Source: Acidimicrobiia bacterium (GTDB lineage: Bacteria; Actinomycetota; Acidimicrobiia; Spongiisociales; ZC4RG35). Taken from it: a stretch of 64,000 bases of DNA. Shown here piece by piece: positions 27,181 to 37,342 of this stretch (position 1 is the stretch's first letter; each line of letters starts with the position of its first letter). The notes under the pieces are model-generated. The model did not search any database and was not told where the DNA came from. It saw nothing but the letters and a program-made list of their open reading frames with translations. The translations under genes and the position numbers were made by a program. Where the stretch lies: assembly GCA_965215185.1 (NCBI GenBank), contig OZ244034.1, positions 896,001 to 960,000 of the forward strand, read 5' to 3'.

Positions 27181-29667
27181 TCAGAGGCTGGGAGTCGGGT
27201 GGTGGCTGTCGCCGCCGAACTCTTGCCTCCGCCAGCGATGGTACAGCGCCCAGAGCACCAGCAGCGGGGGAAGCACCACGAACGTGGCGATCAGCGCCAA
27301 CAGGATGGTGACCGCGGTGAGCAGGCCGAGTTGCCTCATCGGATCGAGCGGCGCGAACAGGAGTGTCAACAGTCCGAGAGCCGTGGTGAGAGCGCTGGCC
27401 ACCAGCGCGCCGCCGGTGGTGGTCATCGCTCGTTGCATGGCGTCCCGGATCCGGCCCGACTGCTTTTCTTCTTCCAGGAACCGGTGGGTGAGGTGGATTG
27501 TGTAGTCGACCCCGATGCCGATCGTGAGGGCGGTGATCAAGGCCGTAACCATGTTGTAGGAGATCCTCATTGCCCACATGGCGCCCAGCACCCAGATCAG
27601 AACCACCGCGATGGGGATGATGGCGATCAGTCCTAGAGTGGGGCGAAACTGGGTGAGGCCGAAGTAGAGCACCAGGATGATCAAGGCGGCCAGAGTGGTG
27701 AGGCTTACGCTGAGCACCTGGCTGGCGGTCAACTCCTCGGTCACCAGGGCGATGAGCGAGTCGCCACCGGTGATTGTGATCTCCGAGGTATCCCCTCCCC
27801 ATAGCGTCTCGAGTTCGGCGATCAACTGCTGCGAAGCCTCGATACCCCCGACTGTGACCGGTACCTGGAGGATCGTGCGGTCGGAGCCTTGGGCGCGGAA
27901 GTCCACCACCTTGGAAAACCCCACCGGATCGGCGTTCTCGAGAAGCACCCAGGCGGCGCGCACCTCTTCGTCGGTTGCGAAGACGTTGAGGTTCAAGTCG
28001 GCGTATGCGGCGGCGAAGGCGGGGTCGTAGTTGTCGCCCGGCTGTTCGCTGTCGTTGATCCAGTCCGCTAGGAGCGTCCCCGCCGACGCCGACGGAGGAC
28101 CGGCGACACCCTGCGGTCTCCTGCGGGGATCGGCGAGAGTGGTGTAGAAATCGAACAGGTCACGAAGGGTCCGGACGGTGTCCAGATCGGCTTCGACGAG
28201 GATGGTCATCGTCGAGGCGCCACCGTTGAAATTTTGTTCCAAGAATTCGATGTTTTTCTCCGTTTGGGAGCCCTTCGGCACGAAGTCCTTGAGTGCGAAG
28301 GTGGTATTCAGACCGATGGCGGCTATGGCGGCCAGGATCGTGACCACGATGGCGCCGCCCAGGATCGGCAACGGGCGACGCACGATGGTGGTCGCCACTC
28401 GCGCCAGGGCTGCTCCGGCGCCGGGGATCGTGTCGGCGACCGGTCTCGCCGCCAATGGCTGTCCTCGGGCGGAGCGCCTTCGGTCCAGCACCAGCCGGGC
28501 GGCGGGCACGAAGGTGGTCATCACGATCCACCCCGACAGAACGCCGATACCGGCCACTATGCCAAAGTCGGCAACGGGCTCGAACTTGCTGGTCAGGTTG
28601 GTGATGAAACTGACCGCGGTCGTGCCCGCCGCCAGCAGGACCGGCACGCCCGAGAACCTGACCGCCTCACCGACGGCCACCCCCGGCGCATCCCCACCCG
28701 GATCGTCCTCCCGCGCCAGCGCCTCCCGGTAACGCCCGGTGATCTGCAACGCATAGTCCACGCACAGCCCGATCAGAAGCACCGGCACCAAGACGATCAT
28801 GATGTTTTCGGGATCAACCAGGTCGGCGCCTCCGGGCGACAGCCATGCCTGGGCGCCGAACGTCCAGAAGATGGTCAGGATAAGGCCGACGATGGCCAAC
28901 ACCACGTCCGAGCCGGTACGGTAGAAGGCGGCCAACAGCACCATGATCACCACCAGTGCGATGCCCATGAGCAGGAACAGGCTCGACCGGCGAGCCTCCC
29001 TTCCTTCCGTGTTGCTGTTTGCCTTGGTTATCACCGACACCGCCAGCGGGGCCAGTTCCGCGGATTCCGCGATCTCGTGGGCCCGCAGTTGCGCGGATTG
29101 CAGGCCCAGGGGATCGCCGGCGTCGTTGAGGATGATCAGAGAAAGCCCGGCGATCGGTGTCCCGTCGGCGTCGCGAGAGACGAAACGAGCCAGTCCGGCG
29201 TTCGCCTCGGCAAACTCGGGGACGCTGACCACTCGCCGAAGGACCACATCCAATTGGGCGTCGGAGACCGTGGCCAGGTCCAATCCACCGGCAGCCAGAA
29301 GGCGCTCGATAATAGGTACATACCCAAGCGCCGCTTCGTCCACCACGAATGTCTCGACCTGGGGGTCGCTTCTGATCGTGTTCTGCAGACCCCTGATCAG
29401 CCGCAGGGAATCGGCCGCCAGAACATCGCCCTTGGCCAGGATCTGGACAATCTCCACACCCGCGGCGGCCGGAAAACTCTCCCGGATGGCCGAGGAGGCC
29501 TCCGCCAGCTCACTCTCGGCGGGCAGGAAAGAAGCGGTGGCGTCGATAGGCGCCGCAGGGATGTCCTGCACCGCGAACCCGGCGAGCAGCACCGCGGTGA
29601 TAAGGCCCACGGCCGCCAGAACCAGTTTCGGGGTTCTCTGTATTCTGCGGGCCTGCCATCCGAACAT
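27181..29667 (-). CDS. MMPL/RND-family exporter
   Basis: Two membrane halves with IGLCVDYALQI and IGIGVDYTIHL motifs; 828 aa. Confidence 0.9.
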   Translation of the reverse strand: MFGWQARRIQRTPKLVLAAVGLITAVLLAGFAVQDIPAAPIDATASFLPAESELAEASSAIRESFPAAAGVEIVQILAKGDVLAADSLRLIRGLQNTIRSDPQVETFVVDEAALGYVPIIERLLAAGGLDLATVSDAQLDVVLRRVVSVPEFAEANAGLARFVSRDADGTPIAGLSLIILNDAGDPLGLQSAQLRAHEIAESAELAPLAVSVITKANSNTEGREARRSSLFLLMGIALVVIMVLLAAFYRTGSDVVLAIVGLILTIFWTFGAQAWLSPGGADLVDPENIMIVLVPVLLIGLCVDYALQITGRYREALAREDDPGGDAPGVAVGEAVRFSGVPVLLAAGTTAVSFITNLTSKFEPVADFGIVAGIGVLSGWIVMTTFVPAARLVLDRRRSARGQPLAARPVADTIPGAGAALARVATTIVRRPLPILGGAIVVTILAAIAAIGLNTTFALKDFVPKGSQTEKNIEFLEQNFNGGASTMTILVEADLDTVRTLRDLFDFYTTLADPRRRPQGVAGPPSASAGTLLADWINDSEQPGDNYDPAFAAAYADLNLNVFATDEEVRAAWVLLENADPVGFSKVVDFRAQGSDRTILQVPVTVGGIEASQQLIAELETLWGGDTSEITITGGDSLIALVTEELTASQVLSVSLTTLAALIILVLYFGLTQFRPTLGLIAIIPIAVVLIWVLGAMWAMRISYNMVTALITALTIGIGVDYTIHLTHRFLEEEKQSGRIRDAMQRAMTTTGGALVASALTTALGLLTLLFAPLDPMRQLGLLTAVTILLALIATFVVLPPLLVLWALYHRWRRQEFGGDSHHPTPSL

Positions 29668-29831
29668 GGCAGACTTCAGTAGCCCTCGGGGGGCGCGCGG
29701 TCGAGGCCGGTCGGGGTGGGACTCGTTGCGCTCGACATACCTCTATGTTAAATGAGAAACATGAGTCCGCCGGCATGAATCTCACTGATTTCTTGGACCG
29801 ACGGCACCACCCCACCCGCCAGTCGAAGCGG

Positions 29832-30215
29832 TCAGACTATCCGACCGCCGCCCGTCTCCACCAAGATGGTGACCGGCCCATCAATGACAAGGGACACTTC
29901 CATCATCACTCCGAAACGGCCCGTGGCCACCTCTATCCCTTCGCTCTGCAACGCAGCAACCACCTCGTCCACCAAACGCTCGGCCGGTTCGGGACGCGCC
30001 ACCCGGACGAAGGAAGCCCGGCGGCCCTTGCCAACATCCCCATACAGGGTGAACTGGCTCACCACCAACGCCGCTCCACCGGCGACGGCCAAGGCAAGGT
30101 TCATCTTCCGCTCTCGATCGGCGAATATCCGTAGCCCGGCCATCTTGGCTGCCGCCACCCGGGCATCGGTCACCGAATCCTCGTGGGTAACACCCACCAG
30201 AGCCAAAAGACCACC
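29832..30215 (-). pseudogene. dtd: D-aminoacyl-tRNA deacylase, 5'-truncated (lacks the MRAVVQRV N-terminus)
   Basis: LLALVGVTHED, LVVSQFTLYGD, TGRFG.MM.VSL..DGPVT. An in-frame TAG lies just upstream of RGGLL, at dyad site 5. Confidence 0.85.
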
Positions 30216-30220
30216 CCGCT

Positions 30221-30410
30221 ATGACTGATACTCAGCAAGTATCCGTCACACGGTTCTGGGCTTAGAGACCTGAGGCAACTCCGTCTGGCTAAGTAACGCA
30301 TTTTGGTGTGTTGTGGTTCTTTTCGTGTTCTTATTCAAATGCTGTGGATGTTGTTGTGAGTGGCATATGATGTCACTGTGATGTATGTGTGATATTGGGT
30401 TTGTTGCGGT
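30221..30410 (+). repeat. Shared ~190-bp leader, copy B, beginning with dyad site 5
   Basis: ATGACTGATAC-TCAGCAA-GTATCCGTCAC, then alignment to 16006-16166. Confidence 0.9.
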
Positions 30411-30434
30411 GTCCCTGGGGCAGAGGGTAGGCGG

Positions 30435-33400
30435 TTGAAGAGGCTGCGTCCTGAGGGCTATTGTCGTCGATGTTCGGTTTGGTGGCTTTGTCGGCGCTGG
30501 CTTGTCGGTGTCGCTGTGGGCGGTGTTGGAGGGGGTGGGGATGTTGGGGTGAGGAGGGCGGGGGCGTTGGTGCTGCGGGTGGTGGCGGTTGGTGTGTTGG
30601 CGTGGCTGGGTGTTGGGGTGTTGTTGGTGGTGCCGGTGTTGGGTCAGAGCGCGGCTGTTCCGGTGATCACGAGCGAGGTTTCTTTTGTGGTGGCTGAGGG
30701 GTCTGTGTCGGTGGCGACTTTGTCTGCGTCTGATGATGACACGGTTGTGGGTGATTTGGTTTGGACCCTGGCGGGCGGCGCGGATTCGGCGGTGTTTGTG
30801 TTGAGCGGGTTGGGGGTGTTGGAGTTCGTTTCGGTTAAGGATTTCGAGGAGCCTGACGATGCCGATGGGGACGGTGTTTTTGAGGTGACGGTGCAGGTGA
30901 GCGATGGTGTCAACGATGTCACCGCGGATTTGTTGGTGATGTTGGAGAACGTCATCGAGTTGGAGGAGGTCGAAGGGTCCTCGGCGGTGACGTTCGCGGA
31001 GAACAGTTGGTCACGGGTGGCTACTTTCACCGCGTCGTCGGCGCAGGACCGTGACGGCATTGTGTGGACGTTGGGCGGTGACGACGCGGCGCTTTTCAGC
31101 ATTGATAGCCTGTCGGGCGCGCTCAGGTTCGATCTTGATCCGGTGGCGCCGGTGGTTTTCTCGAAGCCGCCGGATTTTGAGGAGCCGGTTGACAGCGACA
31201 CCGACAACGTTTATGTGGTGACGCTTCTGCCTTCGTCAGGGTCGGCTATGGCTGTTTCTGCGTTGAGTGTGACGGTGACGGTGACCGACGTGGATGAGGA
31301 TGGTGTGGTGTCGTTGTCGACGAAGCGGCCTCGCAGGGGTGTGGAGGTCACTGCAACGCTGGAAGATTTTGATGGTGTGGTGGACGGTTCGCTGACGTGG
31401 GTGTGGGAGCGGACCGTTGGATACGACGGGTGGGTGGCGATCTCGGGGGCGGTTTCGTCGAGTTATACGCCGGTGGCGGCTGATGCGGGGAGTTTTTTGC
31501 GGGTCGGTGTGTCTTATAGCGACGGCCATGGTAGCGGCGGGCGAGCGCGGGCGACGGCGCCGGAGGTGGTGGCGGCTGATCAGTTGAGCGGCCTGTCGAT
31601 CAGCACCAATGACTCCGTGGCTTCTACCGAGGTGTGGCGGCTGATGCGGCCGGTGTTCGATGCGCAGATTCTGCATTATTCGGTGGGTTGTGACGACACC
31701 GACACGATGACGTTGACGATGCGCCCGGCTGTTGGGTCGAGCCGGATCTCGGTGGACGGCACCCAGCACGCCAATGCGGGCGCCTCGTTGACGGTGACGC
31801 GGGCGGTGATGGGCGACAGCGTGGTGCGCATCTCTCTGGCCGACGCTGAGGGCGCGGAGACCCAGTATGTGGTGCACTGCCTCCCGGACAACTTCGGCGA
31901 GGTCACGGTCACCAAGCCGCGGGGTGAGGCGAAGGTGCTCGACGAACTGATCCTCTATTTCCGTGACGGGCGTCTGGTGATTATGGACAGCAACGGCGTC
32001 CCACGCTGGCACACCAAGCCGAGGAATGTCCCGGGCTCGCAGTTCTTCCGGTTCTATCCCGATGGCGGTGGCGAATCCCGATACTCCTACCGCGGCCCTG
32101 GCAACACCTACCAAATTCTCGATGCGACCCGGCAAGCCCTCAGTGTGGTGAGATCGGTAGCGCCCCTCACACGCGCCGACGGCCACGATTTCCGGGTGCT
32201 CGAGGACGGGAACTACATGTTGATGGCCTACCAGGACGCCGAACGTGACCTGTCCCATCTCACTTTTAACGATAGGGCGGGCCTGCTCTACGGGACTGAT
32301 GTGTATGTGGAGGACTCGGCCATCCAGATCGTCACCCCGGGCGGGGCGGCGACGTTCAACTGGAACTCGTGGGACCACATGCCGCTGGAGGACTGCACGC
32401 AGCACTTTTTCCCGCCCAATGACGGCGACTATGCGCATCTGAACTCGATCCAGATGGTGGACGGGCTCATCATCGCGTCGATGCGGGGGTGTTCAAGAAT
32501 CCTGGCCATCGACGCCGACACCGGTGATGTGGTGTGGAGGGTGGGGCTGTCCAATCTGAGCGACGAGGAGTGGAGCGAGCGCGACATCGGGCCGCCGCCG
32601 CTGGATATCGTAGGCGATGAGGAGGGGCAGTTCTGCGGACAGCACGGGTCGTCGCTTCTGCCCAACGGCAACCTGATCCTCTACGACAACGGCGTGCAGT
32701 GCACCAGGAACCCTTGGACGCTTCAGAACCTTCTCCGAGCCAACGAAGAGTACAGCCGCGCCCTGGAGTACGCCCTGGATCTGGAGAACGGCGAGGCGGT
32801 GTTCGTGCGGGACCATTCGCTGCACGGAACCGAGGACGAGGTAGGTTATCGCGGCGGGAACGTCGAGCCCTTGAGCAATGGCCATTGGCTGGTCAGCTGG
32901 GGTGCTGCCCGCCCACGGAACTCTCCCACCCCGCCACCGACCGATGTGTTCACCCAGGTCGATCCAGACACCGGCGAGGAGTGGCTGTCTGTGGATGGAC
33001 TCCCTAGCTTCACGCGGGGCACTGTCATGCGCCCGGAGTTTCTGGCGGAGGCTCCTGCGGCGTTGGAGGCGCGGGTTTTGGCTGGCAGTTATACGTCGGT
33101 GATTCATTCGGGTGTGGGCGATGCTCCGCGGGTGGCGGTGGCGTTCAACCGGCCGGTAGCGGATTTTGCGGCCTCTACTGCGTCGTTGAGCGTTGTGGGT
33201 GCGACGGTGACGTCGGTGGCGCCTCTTTTGGTGGCGGGCGAGCCGGCCAATGCGTATTTGGTGACGTTGGCTCCTGAGGGTGTGGCTGCGATCACTGTGT
33301 CTGTGGTCGCTGGTAGGGGGTGCGACGTTGGCGGTATTTGCGCGGCTGACGGCACGATGTTGTCGAAGGTGCCCGCGGTGTTGGTGGTCGGTCCGCCGGT

Positions 33401-36400
33401 GACGGTGTCGTTTGGTGCCGCCTCGTTTAGCGTGGGCGAGGGCGCGACGCTGGAGGTGCCGGTGGTGTTGAGCAGAGCTCATGGCGGTGGGTTGGAGATT
33501 GAGGTGCTGGTCGTGGCGTCGGGTGTGAGTGCTTCTGGTGATGATTTTTCGGTGGCGGCTAGTGTCAGTTTCGCGGCTGGTGAGACCCGCAAGACGGTGT
33601 TGTTCGACGCTGCGGATGATGATTTGGTGGAGGGTTCGGAGACGGTGGAGTTGAGCTTCGGCGCGTTGGCGTCGGGGTTTTTGGCGGGTTCGACTGCTTT
33701 GACGACGGTCACGATCGGGGATGCCGACGCGGGCGCGTTCGAGTTCGGGGTTGTGAGCAGCGAGGTTTCTGAGGGTGGTGAGACTGTGTTGACGTTCGCG
33801 ATTACCAATGGTGTGACGTTCGCCGTGGATCAGGTTGTCAGCATTGTGGTGGGCGGGTCGGCCACCGCGGGCGACGATTTCGTGTTGGTGGATTCTCAGA
33901 ACCGGCCGCTGTCGGCGCCGTATTCGGTGACGTTGGCGGCGGGGGCGAGTTCGGTCACTGCTGTTTTGCGGGTGGTGAACGATTTGGTTGAAGAGTTGGC
34001 TGAGACGGTCTCGGTGAGCGCCACGCTGGTGTCGACTGGCACGCGTATCGGTTCGCGCACTGTCACCATTCCTGCCAGCGACTTGAACGTGCCGGAGGTC
34101 ACGATCACATCAGCGGGGACTGTGACCGAGGGCACCGACGCGGGGTTCATGCTGAGGCGCACCGCCACGCTGGGGACCCCGTTGACCCAGGCGCTGTCGG
34201 TGCGGGTCGGGGTGACGGCAACGGGTGGGGTCCTGAGCGGCGCTCGGGTGTCGACGGTGACGTTTCTGGCTGGTGACAGCACCGCTGAGCTGCTGGTGGC
34301 GACCACTAATGACGCGGTCGTGGAGGACGCGGCGACGGTGACCACCCTGGTGCGCGCCGACACTGCTAGTCAGCCGAGGTATGTGACCGGCTCGCCGAAC
34401 CGCGCCACGGTCACGGTGCGAGACGACGACGAGGCGAGCTTTGCCGTGTCGGCGGGCGCCGACGCGGTCGTGGAGGGCACCGAGGTGACGGTGACGGTGG
34501 CCACGGGCGGGGTCACGTTCGCGCAAGCCCAGACTCTGTCGGTGAATGTGGCGGGCAGCGCCACCCTCGGCGACGATTTCGTGTTGACCGACTCCAATGG
34601 CGATGGGTTGGTTGCGCCCTATGAGTTGACGTTGGCGGCTGGTGCCGGTTTGGTGAGTCTGAGGATCGCAGCGGCGGTTGATGTGGTGGAGGACGACGGA
34701 GAGACTGTGGTGCTGGTGGTCCTGCACGACGGAGGGTCCATCGGGACGGTGTCGGTCACGGTGACCGACACCAACGACCCGCCGGCGGTGAGCGGCGGCA
34801 GCCGGTTCCTGTTCGCGGAGAACACCATGACGGACGTGGCCGTGTTCACCGCCACCGACGCCGAGGGCGACCCGGTCACCTGGTCGGTCGACGGCTCCGA
34901 CGCCGCTTTGTTCCAGATGGTCGGCGGGACGCTGCGGTTCCGCGCGCCGCCGGATTTCGAGACACCAGCAGATGTCGGCACCAACAATATTTACGATGTC
35001 ACAGTGCTGGCCTCTGACAGTGAAGGCTCCACCAGCCACAACGTGACTGTGACCGTCACCGACGTCGACGAGGCCGCCACCATCAACAGCGTGCCCGGGT
35101 CTTTCGTGTACAGCTACGAAGAGAACGCCACCACGATGGTGGCTACTTTCACCGCGAACGATCCCGAGCGGGCCACCATCAGATGGACGCTGGGCGGCGC
35201 CGACGCCGCCGTCTTTGCGATAAGCGACCGCGGTGTGCTCACCTTTGTCCGTCCACCCGATTTCGAGCACCCGGTCGACGACAACCAGTATCTGGTGCAG
35301 GTGCAGGCTCGTGCCGGCGCCAACGACCCGGTCTTTGAGGACGTGACCGTCAATGTCTCCAATGTGGACGAGCCGGGCGTGGTGGTGCTGTCGTCGCCGC
35401 AGCCGCAGGTCGACACAGCCCTTGACGCCGAGGTCGCTGATCCCGACAGTGTGCTGGTGGTGCAGACATGGACCTGGCAACGCAAGCTGGGCGGAGGCCC
35501 CTGGGAGAACATCACAGGAGCCACGACCCGAAGCTACACACCAGCGGCCGCCGATGTGGGATATGACCTGCAAGTCGAGGCCACCTACCTCGACCGCGTC
35601 GGTACCGGCACCGACACCGCCGCTGTGGAACCCCCCTACCGCACCCGCGCCGCGCCCAGCACCAACAGCCCGCCGGACTTCGGCGACAGCCCCGGCGACG
35701 ACCCCCTCGGGCGCTCTGTCGCGGAGAACTCGGCTCCGGGCGCGGCTGTCGGCGCGGCGGTCAGAGCCACCGACACCGACCCCGGCGATGCCGCCCGACT
35801 GGCGTACACGCTGTCGGGCGCCGATGCGGGCCTGTATGACATCGACGGTTCCACAGGCCAGATCCGCGTCGGTTCAGGCACGCTGTTGGACTATGAGACC
35901 GCGGTCAGGTCTCACTCTGTCACGGTCACCGCCACCGACCCCTCAGGTGACAGCGACGACATCTCTGTCACCATCGAGATAACCGACGTGAACGAAGCGC
36001 CCATCGCCGGACACGACACCGCCACAGCTGCCGAGGACGGCCGGGTGGTCATCGCAGTGCTGCCCAATGACACCGACCCAGACGGCGACACACTCACTGT
36101 GGCGCTGCGCGACACCCCCCGGCACGGACGCGTCACAGTGCAACCCGACAAGACCCTCGCCTACACGCCCACAAGCGACTTCAACGGCAAAGACATCTTC
36201 ACCTACACAGCCTCCGACGGTCGCCTCCGCAACGAGGCGACCGTGACCGTGACCGTCAACCCGGTCAACGACCAGCCCAAGTTCCCAACAACCTCAACGA
36301 CACGCACCATCGCCGAAGGGGCCCCAGCCGCAACACCGGTGGGCCACCCGGTGACAGCCACCGACGTCGACGGTGATCCGCTCGAATACGGACTCTTCGA

Positions 36401-37280
36401 AATCGACGCTCCGTTGTTCACCATCGACCCGGACACGGGCCAGATCAGGGTGGCAGAAGGCACTGTCATAGACCGGTCGGCCCAGTCCAGGTACAGGCTA
36501 CGAGTCGAAGCGACCGACCCGGACGGCGCCAGAGTCAGCACCGCCGTCACCGTGACCGTGACCGCCCGAGGCACCACAACCACGACCACCACCACCACCG
36601 GAGGAGGCGGCGGAGGTGGAGGTGGAGGTGGAGGTTTAGATGAGGGAGGGGGTGATGATGAGCTGCCGCCCACAGCCTCTGAACTGTTCGAAGACATCGA
36701 CCCGGGAGCATGGTACGAACAAGCCGTGACGTGGATGATCCTTCACAAAGTCACCTCCGGATGTTCCACCACTATGTTCTGTCCCGACGCCAACCTCACC
36801 CGCCAACAATTCGTCACGTTCCTCTGGAGAGCAGCCGGCCGACCCACCCCCACCTACCAAGGATCAGAAGCCTTCACCGACGTAGAAGAAGGGGTCTACT
36901 CGGACCAGGCCATCGGCTGGGCGGTCTCCAACGAAATCACCGTGGGATGCACCCCAGGCGCCTTTAGTGATCCTGACTGGGAGTTTTGCCCAACGGATCA
37001 CGTCACCAGGGGACAAATGGCCACCCTCCTCTACCGGCACGTAGAAGCCGACTATGTTGGCACAACCCTCCCATACACCGACGTGCAACCAGACCGATAC
37101 TACGCGGAAAGCATCACCTGGCTCACCGACTTCCAAATAGTCCCCGGATGCGGACCAACCCTGTTTTGCCCCAACCGAGACGCCACCCGCGCCGAAGCCG
37201 CCCATTTCATCAACGGAATAGCCATCCGACCCCACACCTGGGGACCAGAAAACACCAGCTTCATACCCCAACCAAACTAA
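30435..37280 (+). CDS. Giant secreted protein: cadherin repeats, arylsulfotransferase (ASST)-like domain, Calx-beta, Ig-like (Big_9), C-terminal SLH cassette
   Basis: DFEEPDDADGDGVFEV cadherin motifs; ASST-like DGHDF, DYAHLNSI, ASMR, GQHGS, YDNG; SVSFAAGETRKTV..DDDLVEGSETV Calx-beta. Probable start ~30549. Confidence 0.9.
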   Translation: MKRLRPEGYCRRCSVWWLCRRWLVGVAVGGVGGGGDVGVRRAGALVLRVVAVGVLAWLGVGVLLVVPVLGQSAAVPVITSEVSFVVAEGSVSVATLSASDDDTVVGDLVWTLAGGADSAVFVLSGLGVLEFVSVKDFEEPDDADGDGVFEVTVQVSDGVNDVTADLLVMLENVIELEEVEGSSAVTFAENSWSRVATFTASSAQDRDGIVWTLGGDDAALFSIDSLSGALRFDLDPVAPVVFSKPPDFEEPVDSDTDNVYVVTLLPSSGSAMAVSALSVTVTVTDVDEDGVVSLSTKRPRRGVEVTATLEDFDGVVDGSLTWVWERTVGYDGWVAISGAVSSSYTPVAADAGSFLRVGVSYSDGHGSGGRARATAPEVVAADQLSGLSISTNDSVASTEVWRLMRPVFDAQILHYSVGCDDTDTMTLTMRPAVGSSRISVDGTQHANAGASLTVTRAVMGDSVVRISLADAEGAETQYVVHCLPDNFGEVTVTKPRGEAKVLDELILYFRDGRLVIMDSNGVPRWHTKPRNVPGSQFFRFYPDGGGESRYSYRGPGNTYQILDATRQALSVVRSVAPLTRADGHDFRVLEDGNYMLMAYQDAERDLSHLTFNDRAGLLYGTDVYVEDSAIQIVTPGGAATFNWNSWDHMPLEDCTQHFFPPNDGDYAHLNSIQMVDGLIIASMRGCSRILAIDADTGDVVWRVGLSNLSDEEWSERDIGPPPLDIVGDEEGQFCGQHGSSLLPNGNLILYDNGVQCTRNPWTLQNLLRANEEYSRALEYALDLENGEAVFVRDHSLHGTEDEVGYRGGNVEPLSNGHWLVSWGAARPRNSPTPPPTDVFTQVDPDTGEEWLSVDGLPSFTRGTVMRPEFLAEAPAALEARVLAGSYTSVIHSGVGDAPRVAVAFNRPVADFAASTASLSVVGATVTSVAPLLVAGEPANAYLVTLAPEGVAAITVSVVAGRGCDVGGICAADGTMLSKVPAVLVVGPPVTVSFGAASFSVGEGATLEVPVVLSRAHGGGLEIEVLVVASGVSASGDDFSVAASVSFAAGETRKTVLFDAADDDLVEGSETVELSFGALASGFLAGSTALTTVTIGDADAGAFEFGVVSSEVSEGGETVLTFAITNGVTFAVDQVVSIVVGGSATAGDDFVLVDSQNRPLSAPYSVTLAAGASSVTAVLRVVNDLVEELAETVSVSATLVSTGTRIGSRTVTIPASDLNVPEVTITSAGTVTEGTDAGFMLRRTATLGTPLTQALSVRVGVTATGGVLSGARVSTVTFLAGDSTAELLVATTNDAVVEDAATVTTLVRADTASQPRYVTGSPNRATVTVRDDDEASFAVSAGADAVVEGTEVTVTVATGGVTFAQAQTLSVNVAGSATLGDDFVLTDSNGDGLVAPYELTLAAGAGLVSLRIAAAVDVVEDDGETVVLVVLHDGGSIGTVSVTVTDTNDPPAVSGGSRFLFAENTMTDVAVFTATDAEGDPVTWSVDGSDAALFQMVGGTLRFRAPPDFETPADVGTNNIYDVTVLASDSEGSTSHNVTVTVTDVDEAATINSVPGSFVYSYEENATTMVATFTANDPERATIRWTLGGADAAVFAISDRGVLTFVRPPDFEHPVDDNQYLVQVQARAGANDPVFEDVTVNVSNVDEPGVVVLSSPQPQVDTALDAEVADPDSVLVVQTWTWQRKLGGGPWENITGATTRSYTPAAADVGYDLQVEATYLDRVGTGTDTAAVEPPYRTRAAPSTNSPPDFGDSPGDDPLGRSVAENSAPGAAVGAAVRATDTDPGDAARLAYTLSGADAGLYDIDGSTGQIRVGSGTLLDYETAVRSHSVTVTATDPSGDSDDISVTIEITDVNEAPIAGHDTATAAEDGRVVIAVLPNDTDPDGDTLTVALRDTPRHGRVTVQPDKTLAYTPTSDFNGKDIFTYTASDGRLRNEATVTVTVNPVNDQPKFPTTSTTRTIAEGAPAATPVGHPVTATDVDGDPLEYGLFEIDAPLFTIDPDTGQIRVAEGTVIDRSAQSRYRLRVEATDPDGARVSTAVTVTVTARGTTTTTTTTTGGGGGGGGGGGGLDEGGGDDELPPTASELFEDIDPGAWYEQAVTWMILHKVTSGCSTTMFCPDANLTRQQFVTFLWRAAGRPTPTYQGSEAFTDVEEGVYSDQAIGWAVSNEITVGCTPGAFSDPDWEFCPTDHVTRGQMATLLYRHVEADYVGTTLPYTDVQPDRYYAESITWLTDFQIVPGCGPTLFCPNRDATRAEAAHFINGIAIRPHTWGPENTSFIPQPN

Positions 37281-37317
37281 AACTGAACAGCTCCCAGGAT
37301 TCCCGGTCCCCGTCAGC

Positions 37318-37342
37318 CTCTACTAAACGCGGCGCGATTCAA
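37318..37342 (+). mobile_element. Isolated IS3-family terminal repeat
   Basis: ctctactaaacgcggcgcgattca versus ctctaccaaacccggcgcgattca at 47583-47606. Confidence 0.7.

Noticed and set aside
29726-29753. dif-like site (CTATGTTAAAT resembles the XerD arm)
   Set aside because: The XerC arm does not match at the correct spacing; more likely part of the MMPL promoter.
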